NCBI GenBank assembly: GCA_028285755.1
Contig: JANQOQ010000006.1
Coordinates: 734,184-798,183 of the forward strand
Source of the DNA: Puniceicoccaceae bacterium
GTDB lineage: Bacteria; Verrucomicrobiota; Verrucomicrobiia; Opitutales; JAFGAQ01
Length of the DNA: 64,000 nucleotides
Reading direction: 5' to 3'
Shown: positions 22,446 to 32,780 of the stretch, piece by piece
Layout of the letters: every line of letters begins with the position of its first letter
Position numbering within the stretch: position 1 is the first letter of the stretch
Translations under genes and position numbers: made by a program
Notes under the pieces: model-generated
The model's database searches: none
Told to the model about the DNA's origin: nothing
Seen by the model: the letters and a program-made list of their open reading frames with translations, nothing else

Positions 22446-23399
22446 ATGAGAATGGTAATTTTAGACGGTTATACAGTGAATCCCGGGGATACGGATTGGT
22501 CAGGCCTGGAAGCATTGGGGGATTTGACTATTTATGAGCGTAGCCCTGAAGAAACGGTTGTTGAGCGTTCGCAGGAGGCTGAGGTTGTTTTTACCAATAA
22601 GTCTATTTTATCGGGTGATTCTCTGCGGCAGTTACCTCAGTTAAAATACATTGGAGTATTGGCGACGGGCTATAATGTGGTGGATATACCTGCAACGAAG
22701 GAACTCGGCATACCCGTGTGTAATGTATCCGGCTACAGCAATCAGTCGGTCGCTCAACTGGTTTTTGCGCACATACTAAACCATGCGAACCATGTGGCGC
22801 TGCATAGCGAGGGCGTACATCAGGGAAAGTGGAGTGAATCGATCGATTTCTGCTATTGGGATACCCCGCAGATAGAGCTCGATGGACAAATACTCGGGAT
22901 CGTGGGTCTTGGAGCCATTGGTAAAGCAACGGCCAGAATTGCCCAGGCTATGGGCATGCAAGTCATTGCAACCACGCGTGACCCCAGTAAAACGCCCCCT
23001 CAAGGCATTCGTTGGGTGAGTAAAGAACAACTTTTTGCGGAAAGTGACGTGATCAGTCTGCACTGTCCTCTCACGCCGGAAACCCAACATATGATCAACC
23101 CAGAAAGCCTTAGCCTCATGAAACCGAGCGCATTCCTTGTGAATACGGGCCGTGGGCCACTCGTGAATGAGCAGGCGCTCGCGGATGCGTTGAATGAAGG
23201 GCGCATTGCCGGTGCAGGGATTGATGTGCTCGATCAGGAACCACCCCGTTATGAAAGCCCGCTGTTTGGAGCTAAAAACTGTTCCATAACGCCGCATATC
23301 GCCTGGGCTACACTGGCCGCCCGCCAGCGATTAATCGATAGCACCGTAGAAAACCTTGAGGCTTTTTTAAGAGGAGAAACCCGAAACCGGGTCAATTGA
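22446..23399 (+). CDS. D-2-hydroxyacid dehydrogenase (glycerate dehydrogenase/HprA-like)
   Basis: 'ILDGYTVNPGD','LATGYNVVD','GLGAIG','LHCPL','NTGRG','TPHIAWA'. Confidence 0.93.
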   Translation: MRMVILDGYTVNPGDTDWSGLEALGDLTIYERSPEETVVERSQEAEVVFTNKSILSGDSLRQLPQLKYIGVLATGYNVVDIPATKELGIPVCNVSGYSNQSVAQLVFAHILNHANHVALHSEGVHQGKWSESIDFCYWDTPQIELDGQILGIVGLGAIGKATARIAQAMGMQVIATTRDPSKTPPQGIRWVSKEQLFAESDVISLHCPLTPETQHMINPESLSLMKPSAFLVNTGRGPLVNEQALADALNEGRIAGAGIDVLDQEPPRYESPLFGAKNCSITPHIAWATLAARQRLIDSTVENLEAFLRGETRNRVN

Positions 23400-24123
23400 T
23401 GCGATAAGGGGGATACACCACCACGTCGATCGCGCGTGAAAAGAGGATACTCGGGTGCATGGGGCCTGCTTCAAATGGATCCATGAGTGTGTTTTCAAAA
23501 ATATCGATCTCAGCCGTTTGCAGAGGCCATTGCGGGTGCTGCACCTCCCCTCTCAGGACTTTCCCGGACTTGTTTTGAGTATAGAGGCAGTAGCGCTCGG
23601 TTGCCCAGATCTCAAATGAGTCCTGCTCAAATGTCGCTTTTTCAATCGGCCTGTAATTTGCCCGAAAGCGAAGATCGCCCCTGCTATGGTCGTAGTTTAC
23701 CTGAACGCCTTTGTTCGTGACATTCATTTTGGCCGTCCGATAAGGGATATTAAAGAAGGTATTGGCGACCCAAACAGCGAGCGGGTTGGTGATATCGAGA
23801 CTATAAAACCACACTCCGGGCTTGTCTCCGTATTTCACATACGTGCGCACATTGATCTCCGGGAAATCGCACATAAAACCGGGTGCAGGGAATCCGCGTT
23901 TAGTCACTCCCTTCATATCAAAGGGCACGACTGCGATCCAGGCATCACCCCCGTAAGTGTCTATCTCCAGCTCCGCAGGAATGCTGTCCCGTATACTTGC
24001 GACACTGACCGGCCAATGGAGAAATAGGAGGTCCCGCCATTGTTGTTTCCAGGACCACTTTTGTTCAGGCAGTGGCCAGGGGCGGTGATCCACTTGGCTA
24101 AAGGCTGGGTGTGTTTCCTGCAT
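23392..24123 (-). CDS. DUF2071 / YqjF family protein
   Basis: 'HRPWPLP','Q.WRDLLFLHW','FPEINVRTYV','PGVWFYSLD','TERY','HPQWPL'. Confidence 0.88.
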   Translation of the reverse strand: MQETHPAFSQVDHRPWPLPEQKWSWKQQWRDLLFLHWPVSVASIRDSIPAELEIDTYGGDAWIAVVPFDMKGVTKRGFPAPGFMCDFPEINVRTYVKYGDKPGVWFYSLDITNPLAVWVANTFFNIPYRTAKMNVTNKGVQVNYDHSRGDLRFRANYRPIEKATFEQDSFEIWATERYCLYTQNKSGKVLRGEVQHPQWPLQTAEIDIFENTLMDPFEAGPMHPSILFSRAIDVVVYPPYRIN

Positions 24124-24174
24124 AGAGATAAAGAGCGTTCAACCAGGCATTACGCAACTGCGTGGGCACAAAAA

Positions 24175-24921
24175 TCACACATTTTTTAACCACGCTTTTC
24201 TACGATTTGCTATCCGTAATACCGAGCGAAACATGTCCCACGAATCACGGAGAAGCCTGATTTTACCCCCCGAAACCTCATGCCAGTCAACGGGGACTTC
24301 AAGAATAGGCAGTTTCTTAAACTGCAATGCAGCCAAAATCTCCACGTCAAATGCCCAGCGATTTTCTTCCAGTAAAGGCTTTATGGAATGGTAAAACCCG
24401 TTAGGCAGAAGTTTAAAACCGCATTGGCTATCGTATACCTGATCTGTAATAAAAATCCCGACCAGTGTCGCAAAAAACCGACCTGAATAGTGACGCCGCT
24501 TTTGGCGTATAACCTCCCTGCCCAGCATCTTGATCCGGGAGGCAAAGTAGGCCCTTTCCTCGTTTTCAGTATGCACCAAGTTTATAAGGCGATTGATTTC
24601 ATGGGGAGTAATGGAACCATCTGCATCCACAAAGGCTAACCAACTATGCTCCTGCGAAGTATCCCACCCTGCTCTGACTGCAGCCCCCTTTCCCTGGTTA
24701 GACTCGAGCCGGAGTACCGGTTGGAACCATTGGTAGTCTTTTTGGTAGGGTTTAACGGCTTCCCGAGTCTGCTGATACTCCTTGAGAGGGCTACCGTCAT
24801 CCACAATCAGGAGATCAATAGAATGCTTGGATGCATCAATTATGGGGCACAGCTCTTCAAGAAAGGAGGGTAATCTTTTTGATTCCCGGAATGCCGGAAT
24901 CACCAATAGAACGTTAGCCAT
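24175..24921 (-). CDS. GT2 glycosyltransferase, polyprenyl-phosphate glycosyltransferase (dolichyl-P glucosyltransferase-like)
   Basis: 'VIPAF.E','VDDGS','NQGKGAAVRAG','FVDADG','DSQCGFK','FDVE'. Confidence 0.88.
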   Translation of the reverse strand: MANVLLVIPAFRESKRLPSFLEELCPIIDASKHSIDLLIVDDGSPLKEYQQTREAVKPYQKDYQWFQPVLRLESNQGKGAAVRAGWDTSQEHSWLAFVDADGSITPHEINRLINLVHTENEERAYFASRIKMLGREVIRQKRRHYSGRFFATLVGIFITDQVYDSQCGFKLLPNGFYHSIKPLLEENRWAFDVEILAALQFKKLPILEVPVDWHEVSGGKIRLLRDSWDMFRSVLRIANRRKAWLKNV

Positions 24922-25043
24922 AATCTAGATACAAGTAACGCTAATTGAAGTATTCTTGCAAGTATAACCCTGCAATTATAAAGCAGTTGCAAATCCACCG
25001 AGTATCCAAAAAGTATTGAGGCAAAAAGAACCCCCGGATATCC

Positions 25044-27125
25044 ATGGAAGCCATACAAGATCAGGAGAGCCTAAAAAGGCAAATTACAGATGCCGGCTAC
25101 CTGGTTCCTGACGAAATCCCGGAACGAGCAGTGTTAATACTCTGGCAGGATAGCGGCTCAGTTGAAAGCAGGATAAACTCAGCGATCGATAATCAGGCAG
25201 CAATCATTACAGATTATTATGCTGACGAGCTGCCTACCCACCTTAGCCCGATTCAAAAGGAGTATTTTGCGCATCAAGCCCAGCTGTTGCAAAAGCGTGA
25301 GGTTATACCAAGCAAGGACATCTTAATTGCACTACCGCCCGATGCTTTCAGCAAGGAAGTCTGGCTCGATCAAGCCCGAATTTTGCTGCAAAAGCAATAT
25401 GATCTAAAGATCGATATCCACACCATTGATCCAATGGATGCCACGACAATAGAGCTTGCATCCGAATATAAAACGTTGATCCTGATTGAATTTGACGAGG
25501 CGTGGATTCGGAAATCACTTCCCAGGCTCATTTTACTCAATTCAAGAATAATCCTACCTTATCAAGCTTCATTATCACAGCTCAGGCAATCTCGGTTGGG
25601 TGGTAATTTTCATTTTTTGGAGACTGATAAGCCCAGTCTATTACTGAAGGTTCTTGAGTCCGAAATCAGTAGCCATGGGGCGAGTACTTTTGCATCTGCC
25701 CCATACGATTCCAAGGGATTCAATACTTACTTAAGGAAGCTTGAGTCATTGAGCAGCGATGCATTTGTAGAACAGGGTTGGAGTACCCATCAGCATGCAG
25801 CTATGTTACTCTATTTGTCAGAGCAAGAAACACTCGATCCAGGATTAAAGGAAAGCCTGGTAGATATACTCGTGGAGAGCAGTGTTAACTATCTAAAATC
25901 AAAGCAGGATCGAATGGAGGTGCTGCGGCTTGTCTTAAAAATAATTGAAATTTCCGAGGCAGTTCAGGAACGACTTTTTAATAATACTGGAAAAGATCAA
26001 CAGGAGCTACTTGCTATTCGGCTATTGGAAGGAGCTTTGATCAGTAACTTAAGGCTGAATGACTCATTGCGAGCTGTATTGAGCAAGTATTCTCAATATA
26101 TTACACAACCGGTTCTTAACCGAAAACCCAACGGGCTGAAAATATTGTATGCAGTGCTCAACTATACCGGAGATAATCTGCAACAAATTGCTATTGAGGC
26201 ACTAAAAGCAAATAGCAGGGAGCAAGAATTTACCCCCATCCTTTGGAATACCTGCAACCACTCAGACAATCAATGGCTCTACAGGAACGTGATTCACGAA
26301 TTTAGCGTGGGTTTCATCAGTAGTCAAAACTATCAGAAAGTAAGGGTATCTGCCGTCCAGAATAATGACTTTGAGACACTATTAAAGCTGGCTAAAGCAA
26401 TCGTCGAGCAGCCGACCTGGGAGCTGGAGTTAAAAGTAAAACAACTCAACTTCATCGTATATCAATACGTGTATTTCTTTTATGACAATGAACTCGATCG
26501 TAGCGAGGAATTTAGAAATCTTATACTCGAGGCTATCAAAGCGAACAGCGCGTTTAACTCAGATAATGACCAGATAAAAACACTGCGCATTTTAGTGAAT
26601 GCTTTATGCGGTAAACTGCAATTAGGCAGAAAAAATCCAAACGATTTCGAATTGCTTAGAGCCGTTCCCCAATTTGCGATTCCAATCTCCATTGGCCTGT
26701 ATTTAAAGGGATATCCCGAAGATTGTAAAACAATCATAAGTGTACTGAATCCAGAATGCCTGAAATTTTTTGAGCACCTTTATGCTCTATGGATCTTTCA
26801 AGATTTGTTGGGCATCACTGACGGTGCCGATAAAACTCTGAAAATCATCCAATGCTTTGATCTAAAATACTTCAGTGAGAACTACTTCATCTCTAACATG
26901 CTTGCTTTTCAGAGCTTGGTATTAAGGAGGGCCGAGCTAAATGAAAAGGCAAAGATGTATCTGGAAGCAGCGATCCGAAAGATGGAAACGCCCCAAAATG
27001 AATTTCTAATCCATATGATTCCTCCAAAGGTCGAATTATATACCCAGTTATTTGAAAGCGTTTGTCCCGATAAGGAATACATACTGCCTAAGGATCTGCC
27101 CCTGATTCCTGACGCGGATCTCTAA
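25044..27125 (+). CDS. Hypothetical protein (693 aa, largely helical)
   Basis: Long uninterrupted ORF in a visibly AT-richer stretch; no recognised motif. Confidence 0.75.
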   Translation: MEAIQDQESLKRQITDAGYLVPDEIPERAVLILWQDSGSVESRINSAIDNQAAIITDYYADELPTHLSPIQKEYFAHQAQLLQKREVIPSKDILIALPPDAFSKEVWLDQARILLQKQYDLKIDIHTIDPMDATTIELASEYKTLILIEFDEAWIRKSLPRLILLNSRIILPYQASLSQLRQSRLGGNFHFLETDKPSLLLKVLESEISSHGASTFASAPYDSKGFNTYLRKLESLSSDAFVEQGWSTHQHAAMLLYLSEQETLDPGLKESLVDILVESSVNYLKSKQDRMEVLRLVLKIIEISEAVQERLFNNTGKDQQELLAIRLLEGALISNLRLNDSLRAVLSKYSQYITQPVLNRKPNGLKILYAVLNYTGDNLQQIAIEALKANSREQEFTPILWNTCNHSDNQWLYRNVIHEFSVGFISSQNYQKVRVSAVQNNDFETLLKLAKAIVEQPTWELELKVKQLNFIVYQYVYFFYDNELDRSEEFRNLILEAIKANSAFNSDNDQIKTLRILVNALCGKLQLGRKNPNDFELLRAVPQFAIPISIGLYLKGYPEDCKTIISVLNPECLKFFEHLYALWIFQDLLGITDGADKTLKIIQCFDLKYFSENYFISNMLAFQSLVLRRAELNEKAKMYLEAAIRKMETPQNEFLIHMIPPKVELYTQLFESVCPDKEYILPKDLPLIPDADL

Positions 27126-28123
27126 TCTAAGCCGAGTTTTTGCAGGCGATCTGTAAATCGGCTCTGCAAGCGTTCAAAGCCATAGGTATTTAATAGATGA
27201 TTCAAAGCGAGATCTGCTCTGCTTTTACGTTCATCCGCCTGAGTTGCGACAGCCGCTTTCATCTGTTGAATTGTATCGCTGCGGTAAGTCCACGCACATT
27301 CCTGCCCGGGCGCATATAGTTCGGGTGTTGAGCAATAGGGCTGGATGATGGATTTATGGGGTATTTCCCACGTGCCTGCAGGTGTGAGGGTTGATCCATG
27401 CCCGCCCCATAAATGGGTAATCACCGGAAGCTTTGCGCGAATGGCTTCGACAATCGGCAAGCCCCAGCCTTCGCCAAGGCTTGTGGAGATATAGGCATCG
27501 CTATCGATGTAAAGCTGATTGAGGGATTTCGCTTCCAGGGGTTCATCGATGAGTGAGATGTTTTCGGCTAATTTCGTTTCGGGAAAACCTTCAGCGGTTT
27601 TGATGGTTAAGGAGACTTGATTGTTCCGGGCAAAGGTATGATCCCAGGCATCGAGCAGCAAATGAAGACCTTTGCGAAAGTGGTGCTCGCCGACATATAG
27701 AAATTTGAATTTGCCATCGTTTGACCACCCGGGCTTGGATAGCCAGGGCTCGAGGTCAACCGCGGGCGGTAACCAGTATACCGGTGGGTTGATGCCAGAG
27801 CGCAAAAGAAGCTCTTTCACGTGTTTAGTGGTCACCCAGATCTCATCAAAAGCATCTAAAGCGTCAATCCATTGAGGAGGGTATCGGCTCCATTCGTGGA
27901 CGACCAGGGCAACGTTACGTTTTTCGGGAATGGCGCGGAAGCGTTTGCCCCAGGTGTTGTGGAGAATGATATTCGCCCGTGATAAATCCCGTTCACTGAG
28001 TTGGGTTTCGGAAATGTGCTCGATCGTCAAACCCAGTTTTTGAAGCGTTTGCTCATACAGGTGCCCCACGCTTACGAAACTGGGACGGTCAAAGTCGGTG
28101 GCTATCGTGATCACGGCTTGCAT
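27122..28123 (-). CDS. GT4 (GT-B) glycosyltransferase
   Basis: 'FLYVG...RKG..LL','TSLGEGWGLPIVEA','LPVI'. Confidence 0.88.
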   Translation of the reverse strand: MQAVITIATDFDRPSFVSVGHLYEQTLQKLGLTIEHISETQLSERDLSRANIILHNTWGKRFRAIPEKRNVALVVHEWSRYPPQWIDALDAFDEIWVTTKHVKELLLRSGINPPVYWLPPAVDLEPWLSKPGWSNDGKFKFLYVGEHHFRKGLHLLLDAWDHTFARNNQVSLTIKTAEGFPETKLAENISLIDEPLEAKSLNQLYIDSDAYISTSLGEGWGLPIVEAIRAKLPVITHLWGGHGSTLTPAGTWEIPHKSIIQPYCSTPELYAPGQECAWTYRSDTIQQMKAAVATQADERKSRADLALNHLLNTYGFERLQSRFTDRLQKLGLD

Positions 28124-28132
28124 GCTGGACTT

Positions 28133-29578
28133 TTATATATCGTCAAAAGGACGCTCTAGCGGAGGTAAAAAATAGTCAATATCGGGTTGTCTGCCATGGG
28201 ATTGCATGAATGCCGTGTATCCCACGAGATCCCAGGTACCGGGGAAGAAGTATGCATCCGTATCTTGGGCCACGGACTCATGAGAGACGACTGTATAATC
28301 TCTAAAGGAAGCGGCATACCTATCGGTTATCGCTTCGATGGAAACTTCCATGCTCTCCAATATGGGAACGAGGCTGACCGCCAGTTGGCCCGCACCATAA
28401 ATATATACCGGGCGGCCCGGAGTGAGTGAATCAACCGTGCTTTGAATGGATTCAAGTGGGAACCCCAGGGTGCATTCCAGAAGCGGTTTCTTAGTGAATT
28501 GCTGAAAACCGAGGAATCCGCAGGAGTAGTCAGCTAATACCTGTAGTGGGTTTAGGAGTTCGTGATTGCCTGGCAACTGAGCATTGCTCAGGCCTGAGAG
28601 GTCGATCGTTGTGTCCAAAGATTCGCAAGTCGGATTTTCGATGATCTCAAGGACATCTCTCATGGTCGCAGTAATGGAGATATCCGATTCGTTCGCTTGA
28701 AAAATTTCGAGGATTTTACGAGACCAACTGACGTGCTGCCGGCAAAGCTTGTTTCCTTCCCAGATATGGTAATAAGCAAGGCTGCGCAGAAAAAAATCAC
28801 ATAACATGCTCTTTTCGTCTAAATCCAGGCCTTGGGCTTTGTACAGACTGATCAGATAGGGAAAGTTCCAGTATTTTGCCTCGAGCCTTTGACGTTCGTC
28901 ATTCAAATTATTTTTGCTCAGCGCGGAGTCATGAATTCGGAACAGGCCCCAGGCTTCATCCACTCTTTTAATGGGGTATTTCACTGCAACACGCAGGGTA
29001 AACTCGTAATCCCCGATGACTTCGTAGGACTCATCGAAACCGCCCAACTCCTGCCAAACCGATTTGCGGAACATGGGCTGGCATCCGCAAGGATGGGCCA
29101 GCAGTAGGTTTGGCGCAAAAAAGCGAGGGCTGACATTGCTGTCTCGGTAATCCACGTCTTCAAAATTAGCGTTTTGAGTTCGGGTGGTTTTTTGGCTGCC
29201 ATACACCATGCCGAGAGACATATCGTTTTCAAGGGCTTCCATTAACAGGCGAATGCAATTGTTTGCGTGGCGATCGTCGGTATTGGCATTGGTGATGAAT
29301 TCGCCACGGGCCCTTTCGATTGCAAAGTTCCAGGCGGTATATAAGCCGACCCGTGACTCCAGTCGATGCCAGGAAATCTGCTGTGGATGTTTGCTGACTA
29401 AATCGCCGACCCGCTGCTTTTCATTCTCAGGTGAAGCTGCATCGATGCATACTATTTCAAGCTCACCCTGCTGGAATAGATCCTGTGCGATCAAGTCCTC
29501 AAGGCATGCTTCAATATCATGAGCCGCTTTGTAGATCGAGATAATCGCCGTAACCCGGATTTTCGAATGATTACTCAT
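28133..29578 (-). CDS. GT2 glycosyltransferase with C-terminal Rossmann-like domain
   Basis: 'IISIY','IDAAS','AWN..I..ARGEFITNANTDD','GGFDE','GDYEF'; C-terminal 'VYIYGAG'; ATG 29578 overlaps upstream stop (TAATG). Confidence 0.88.
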   Translation of the reverse strand: MSNHSKIRVTAIISIYKAAHDIEACLEDLIAQDLFQQGELEIVCIDAASPENEKQRVGDLVSKHPQQISWHRLESRVGLYTAWNFAIERARGEFITNANTDDRHANNCIRLLMEALENDMSLGMVYGSQKTTRTQNANFEDVDYRDSNVSPRFFAPNLLLAHPCGCQPMFRKSVWQELGGFDESYEVIGDYEFTLRVAVKYPIKRVDEAWGLFRIHDSALSKNNLNDERQRLEAKYWNFPYLISLYKAQGLDLDEKSMLCDFFLRSLAYYHIWEGNKLCRQHVSWSRKILEIFQANESDISITATMRDVLEIIENPTCESLDTTIDLSGLSNAQLPGNHELLNPLQVLADYSCGFLGFQQFTKKPLLECTLGFPLESIQSTVDSLTPGRPVYIYGAGQLAVSLVPILESMEVSIEAITDRYAASFRDYTVVSHESVAQDTDAYFFPGTWDLVGYTAFMQSHGRQPDIDYFLPPLERPFDDI

Positions 29579-30471
29579 TACAACTGGCTTACCCATTGTT
29601 TAAAAGAATGGGAACAGGCATCGAATCTGGGTATCTGATAGAGCGGGTTTTTCGGAGTGTAGCCGTATCTTTCGGTCACGAATGCTGCCTGAAACTGATT
29701 CTCCTGCAACCACTGTTCTGTAGCTTCAGAGCTTCCCCCATACGGGTATGCAAAGAGAGCGGGTTTGCGGCCAGTAAGCTGCAAAAGTTTATCCAGGGCG
29801 GCATCCAAATCGGCATGCGTGGATTGTTCAGCCAAAGTCGGCAAGTAAGGGTGGGAATGCGTGTGAAGGCCCACAGTGTGAAGATCCGAATCCGTCAGTG
29901 CCTTCACTTGAACCGGAGAAACGTAGTTAGGGCTTTGATGCCCCATTTGGCCCGCTATTTCTGTGTAGAAACTGCTTCTCGCGGATTCACTCGCGCTGTG
30001 ATATGCACTCATGATGCGCTTAAATTGATTCCGGTGATTCAGCTGATCGAAATCGGATTGAGCGGCTTCGGATAAAATCTGTGTATTGAAAGTATGATTC
30101 CATTTACCATCATGCAATAATTGCGCAACTGCGTGCTCAATGGAGACTGCATCCCCCGTGACAAAGCCCGTGCAGATAAAGAAGATTCCAGGCCAGCCCT
30201 GATGCAGCATGATGCCCGAAGCCAGTTGATAATGCTCCCGGTAGCCGTCGTCGAAGGTGAGCAGGACACCGTCCAGGTTATCATCCGGTTTTGAAAGCCA
30301 TTGGCTATTTTCTCCTATTTCGTTCCAGGATAAGATGGGCACTTTTCGTGCAATACGATCCGCTGCATCCAAAAAATCATCCAGCGGCATGCAGTATTCT
30401 GAAGCGGGGCCAAAACCACCTTTCCAGGGGTCACCGATCTGGTGGAACATAATTGGCAAAACGCGTCTCAT
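29578..30471 (-). CDS. Polysaccharide deacetylase (CE4/NodB homology)
   Basis: 'LTFDDG','HTHSH','FAYPYG','IPR'; start chosen at ATG 30471. Confidence 0.9.
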   Translation of the reverse strand: MRRVLPIMFHQIGDPWKGGFGPASEYCMPLDDFLDAADRIARKVPILSWNEIGENSQWLSKPDDNLDGVLLTFDDGYREHYQLASGIMLHQGWPGIFFICTGFVTGDAVSIEHAVAQLLHDGKWNHTFNTQILSEAAQSDFDQLNHRNQFKRIMSAYHSASESARSSFYTEIAGQMGHQSPNYVSPVQVKALTDSDLHTVGLHTHSHPYLPTLAEQSTHADLDAALDKLLQLTGRKPALFAYPYGGSSEATEQWLQENQFQAAFVTERYGYTPKNPLYQIPRFDACSHSFKQWVSQL

Positions 30472-30482
30472 ATTTACTTTAT

Positions 30483-31223
30483 TTATTGCCAATGCGAAAG
30501 ATCGCGCCCCAAGAGAGTTGCGAGACGTTGATTCGGATCTCGATAGATTTCCTGTAACCGCTTACGGGTATCAGGGGCCATTCCCCGTTCATACTCGCTT
30601 TTACCTTCAATCCTTTTATCTTTAGGGCCATGGGAATATCGATTAATGATTAAATCCAGTTCCTTTGGCTGATACCCCGGGTCTACACCGATATGCTGAA
30701 AAACCTTTACGAGATAGCTATTGGGGTCAGATTTGAGGTCATCCATGAGCAATATCTGAATTTGTTCCTTGGCGAATAGCGTCAGGAGCTTCTTAATTCG
30801 ATCTGCGTAAACGCCCACACCCACGAAACTATCATACAGATCGTAGTTGCTCCAGATTTCCTCAAACTGAAAGTGGATTTTCTCCTTTGCTTTCTCGTGC
30901 CAGTAATGCGAAAAAGCACGCTCAATGGGGTTGCGAATGGATAGCAATATCCGTACATCGGGATAGTCCTTTGCAATGCGCTCCAGGGCCTGATCACTGC
31001 GAATGGTGGAACTGGTGGTATCCCCACACTTTTGATTCGGCTGCGCCTCGGAAAAGAAGCTCGTAAACCAATCTTGCCCACGTGTGTAGTGGATATCAAA
31101 GTAGTGGATTTCGTCCTCCTCGTTTACACAAATTTCCGGGTGCGCCCTGAAACAACGGTGCAGCCAGGTCGTTGCACATTTCTGGCAACCCAGTAGTATA
31201 AAATCCAGTTTTGAGGACTGCAT
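30483..31223 (-). CDS. PAPS-dependent sulfotransferase (NDST/HS3ST-like family)
   Basis: 5'PSB 'GCQKCATTWL', 'EIHYFD', 3'PB 'RNPIERAFSHY'. Confidence 0.9.
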   Translation of the reverse strand: MQSSKLDFILLGCQKCATTWLHRCFRAHPEICVNEEDEIHYFDIHYTRGQDWFTSFFSEAQPNQKCGDTTSSTIRSDQALERIAKDYPDVRILLSIRNPIERAFSHYWHEKAKEKIHFQFEEIWSNYDLYDSFVGVGVYADRIKKLLTLFAKEQIQILLMDDLKSDPNSYLVKVFQHIGVDPGYQPKELDLIINRYSHGPKDKRIEGKSEYERGMAPDTRKRLQEIYRDPNQRLATLLGRDLSHWQ

Positions 31224-31229
31224 AGTTTT

Positions 31230-32780
31230 TTAAACGACGATATGCCAATCACTTAAAGCTGACAAACCCTTTTTTTTAAGTTCGACGATGATCTCCTGAG
31301 AGAGATGGGAAGCAATCGTATAAAAGGGCTGAGGATGCATTGCATAGCTCTCTGAAGTCGAAAATACCGGCAAACCCAAGAGTTGATCTGCCTTGGGATG
31401 AGGCTCCACAAAACCATCCGGCGACAATTCCAAAGAGCGAAGTCTATTCAAAGCCTGTATCCCTTTTTGCCCGGTGCCCCGAATCAACCACTTTCGACCC
31501 CTGAGATTTTTCAGAAATGCATCTCTTGAACGACCGAGTAAAGAAGACTCAAGAGATTCGCGGTATCGCTGGATATCATTTTGATCCAGCAGCTTCACGG
31601 AACTGGGTTGCCTTCGCATGATGTGCTCCCATTCATCGAGTACCGGAGACCAGTAAATATCCGGCGATAAGTGTACATTAAAATAGTCGATGCATCTTTG
31701 AGAAATACCCTCGAGTTTTCCAGGTTTGATGGAAGCCAGACACTCTGGCAGCTCCGCAATTGTATTGAGCACCCAACCCAATTCTTCACTGCGGGCGATT
31801 TCTGCAAAAGCTCCAATTTCATGGGTAATGTAGGGCAGCCCATATTGCAGATAGGTGCTGATCTTGCCTGCAGACAGGCCAATATCCTTCACGTTTTTAC
31901 CGCGATGGGGGTCGCCCTCCACGTAGTTATAAAACGCCAAGCCAATATCGGCCATGCGCATGAGCTGCGGCAGCTCATCCCAGCTGAGTGTATCTTCATT
32001 GAAATAGAGCTTCCCGGATTCTATAAGCTGATCAACCAGCGTTGCTTCCAGGGTTTTGCGTGCATTCAAGATGAGACCATTGAGTAGCAACACGTATTCT
32101 TCAGGCCAATGAGGCAGTGTCTCCAGCATTTCAGCGATTCCTGCCTGCGGAATCTGAATACTGCCGGTGTATAGCACGATTTTGCGGTCCTCCGGGATCG
32201 CCAGTTTCTTTCTCAGGTCATCGGGTTCAGTGGAGTCAAACTCAATTGATCTGCCGGCGACCGGTACATAGCGTAGTTTTCCAATTGGGACTTGATTTTC
32301 TGAAGCGAGATTGGCGCCTCTCACCGGGTCTTGCACGATGGCCATTTCGATAAGCTTGCAGGCCTCTATCTCGGGGCTTTTGAATGCCACCGAAGTCTCC
32401 GATTCAAAGAACTGCTCATAAGATAGTAGCACCAGTGGACACTGGTAATGCCTGCTCAGAAGCTGTGCATCGATGACTCCACGATCGATACCGATCAATA
32501 AATCCACTTCGGGAAAAGCATCTGCAATCGAAGAATAAAATGCTTTCTCGGACCGCCCGAGTATACGATCCCAAAACAGACTGTGATAAATATCCACCAT
32601 GAGGCTCTGCAGCTTTATCGGGTGACGAACGATCGGCACACTCAGATCGTCCTGGTTCAGATCATCCCGCTCCGGATAGATGATACCGAGCGTATGGCCA
32701 CGCTCATGCAATAACTCCAGCAGCGCCGTGAAATTTGGATTCAGGCAGAATGAACCTTCAGGATGGATAAATAAGATCAT
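31230..32780 (-). CDS. GT4-like glycosyltransferase with C-terminal Rossmann-like domain
   Basis: 'VLYTGS','ADIGLAFY','SAGKISTYLQYGLP'; C-terminal 'WLIRGTG'. Confidence 0.78.
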   Translation of the reverse strand: MILFIHPEGSFCLNPNFTALLELLHERGHTLGIIYPERDDLNQDDLSVPIVRHPIKLQSLMVDIYHSLFWDRILGRSEKAFYSSIADAFPEVDLLIGIDRGVIDAQLLSRHYQCPLVLLSYEQFFESETSVAFKSPEIEACKLIEMAIVQDPVRGANLASENQVPIGKLRYVPVAGRSIEFDSTEPDDLRKKLAIPEDRKIVLYTGSIQIPQAGIAEMLETLPHWPEEYVLLLNGLILNARKTLEATLVDQLIESGKLYFNEDTLSWDELPQLMRMADIGLAFYNYVEGDPHRGKNVKDIGLSAGKISTYLQYGLPYITHEIGAFAEIARSEELGWVLNTIAELPECLASIKPGKLEGISQRCIDYFNVHLSPDIYWSPVLDEWEHIMRRQPSSVKLLDQNDIQRYRESLESSLLGRSRDAFLKNLRGRKWLIRGTGQKGIQALNRLRSLELSPDGFVEPHPKADQLLGLPVFSTSESYAMHPQPFYTIASHLSQEIIVELKKKGLSALSDWHIVV

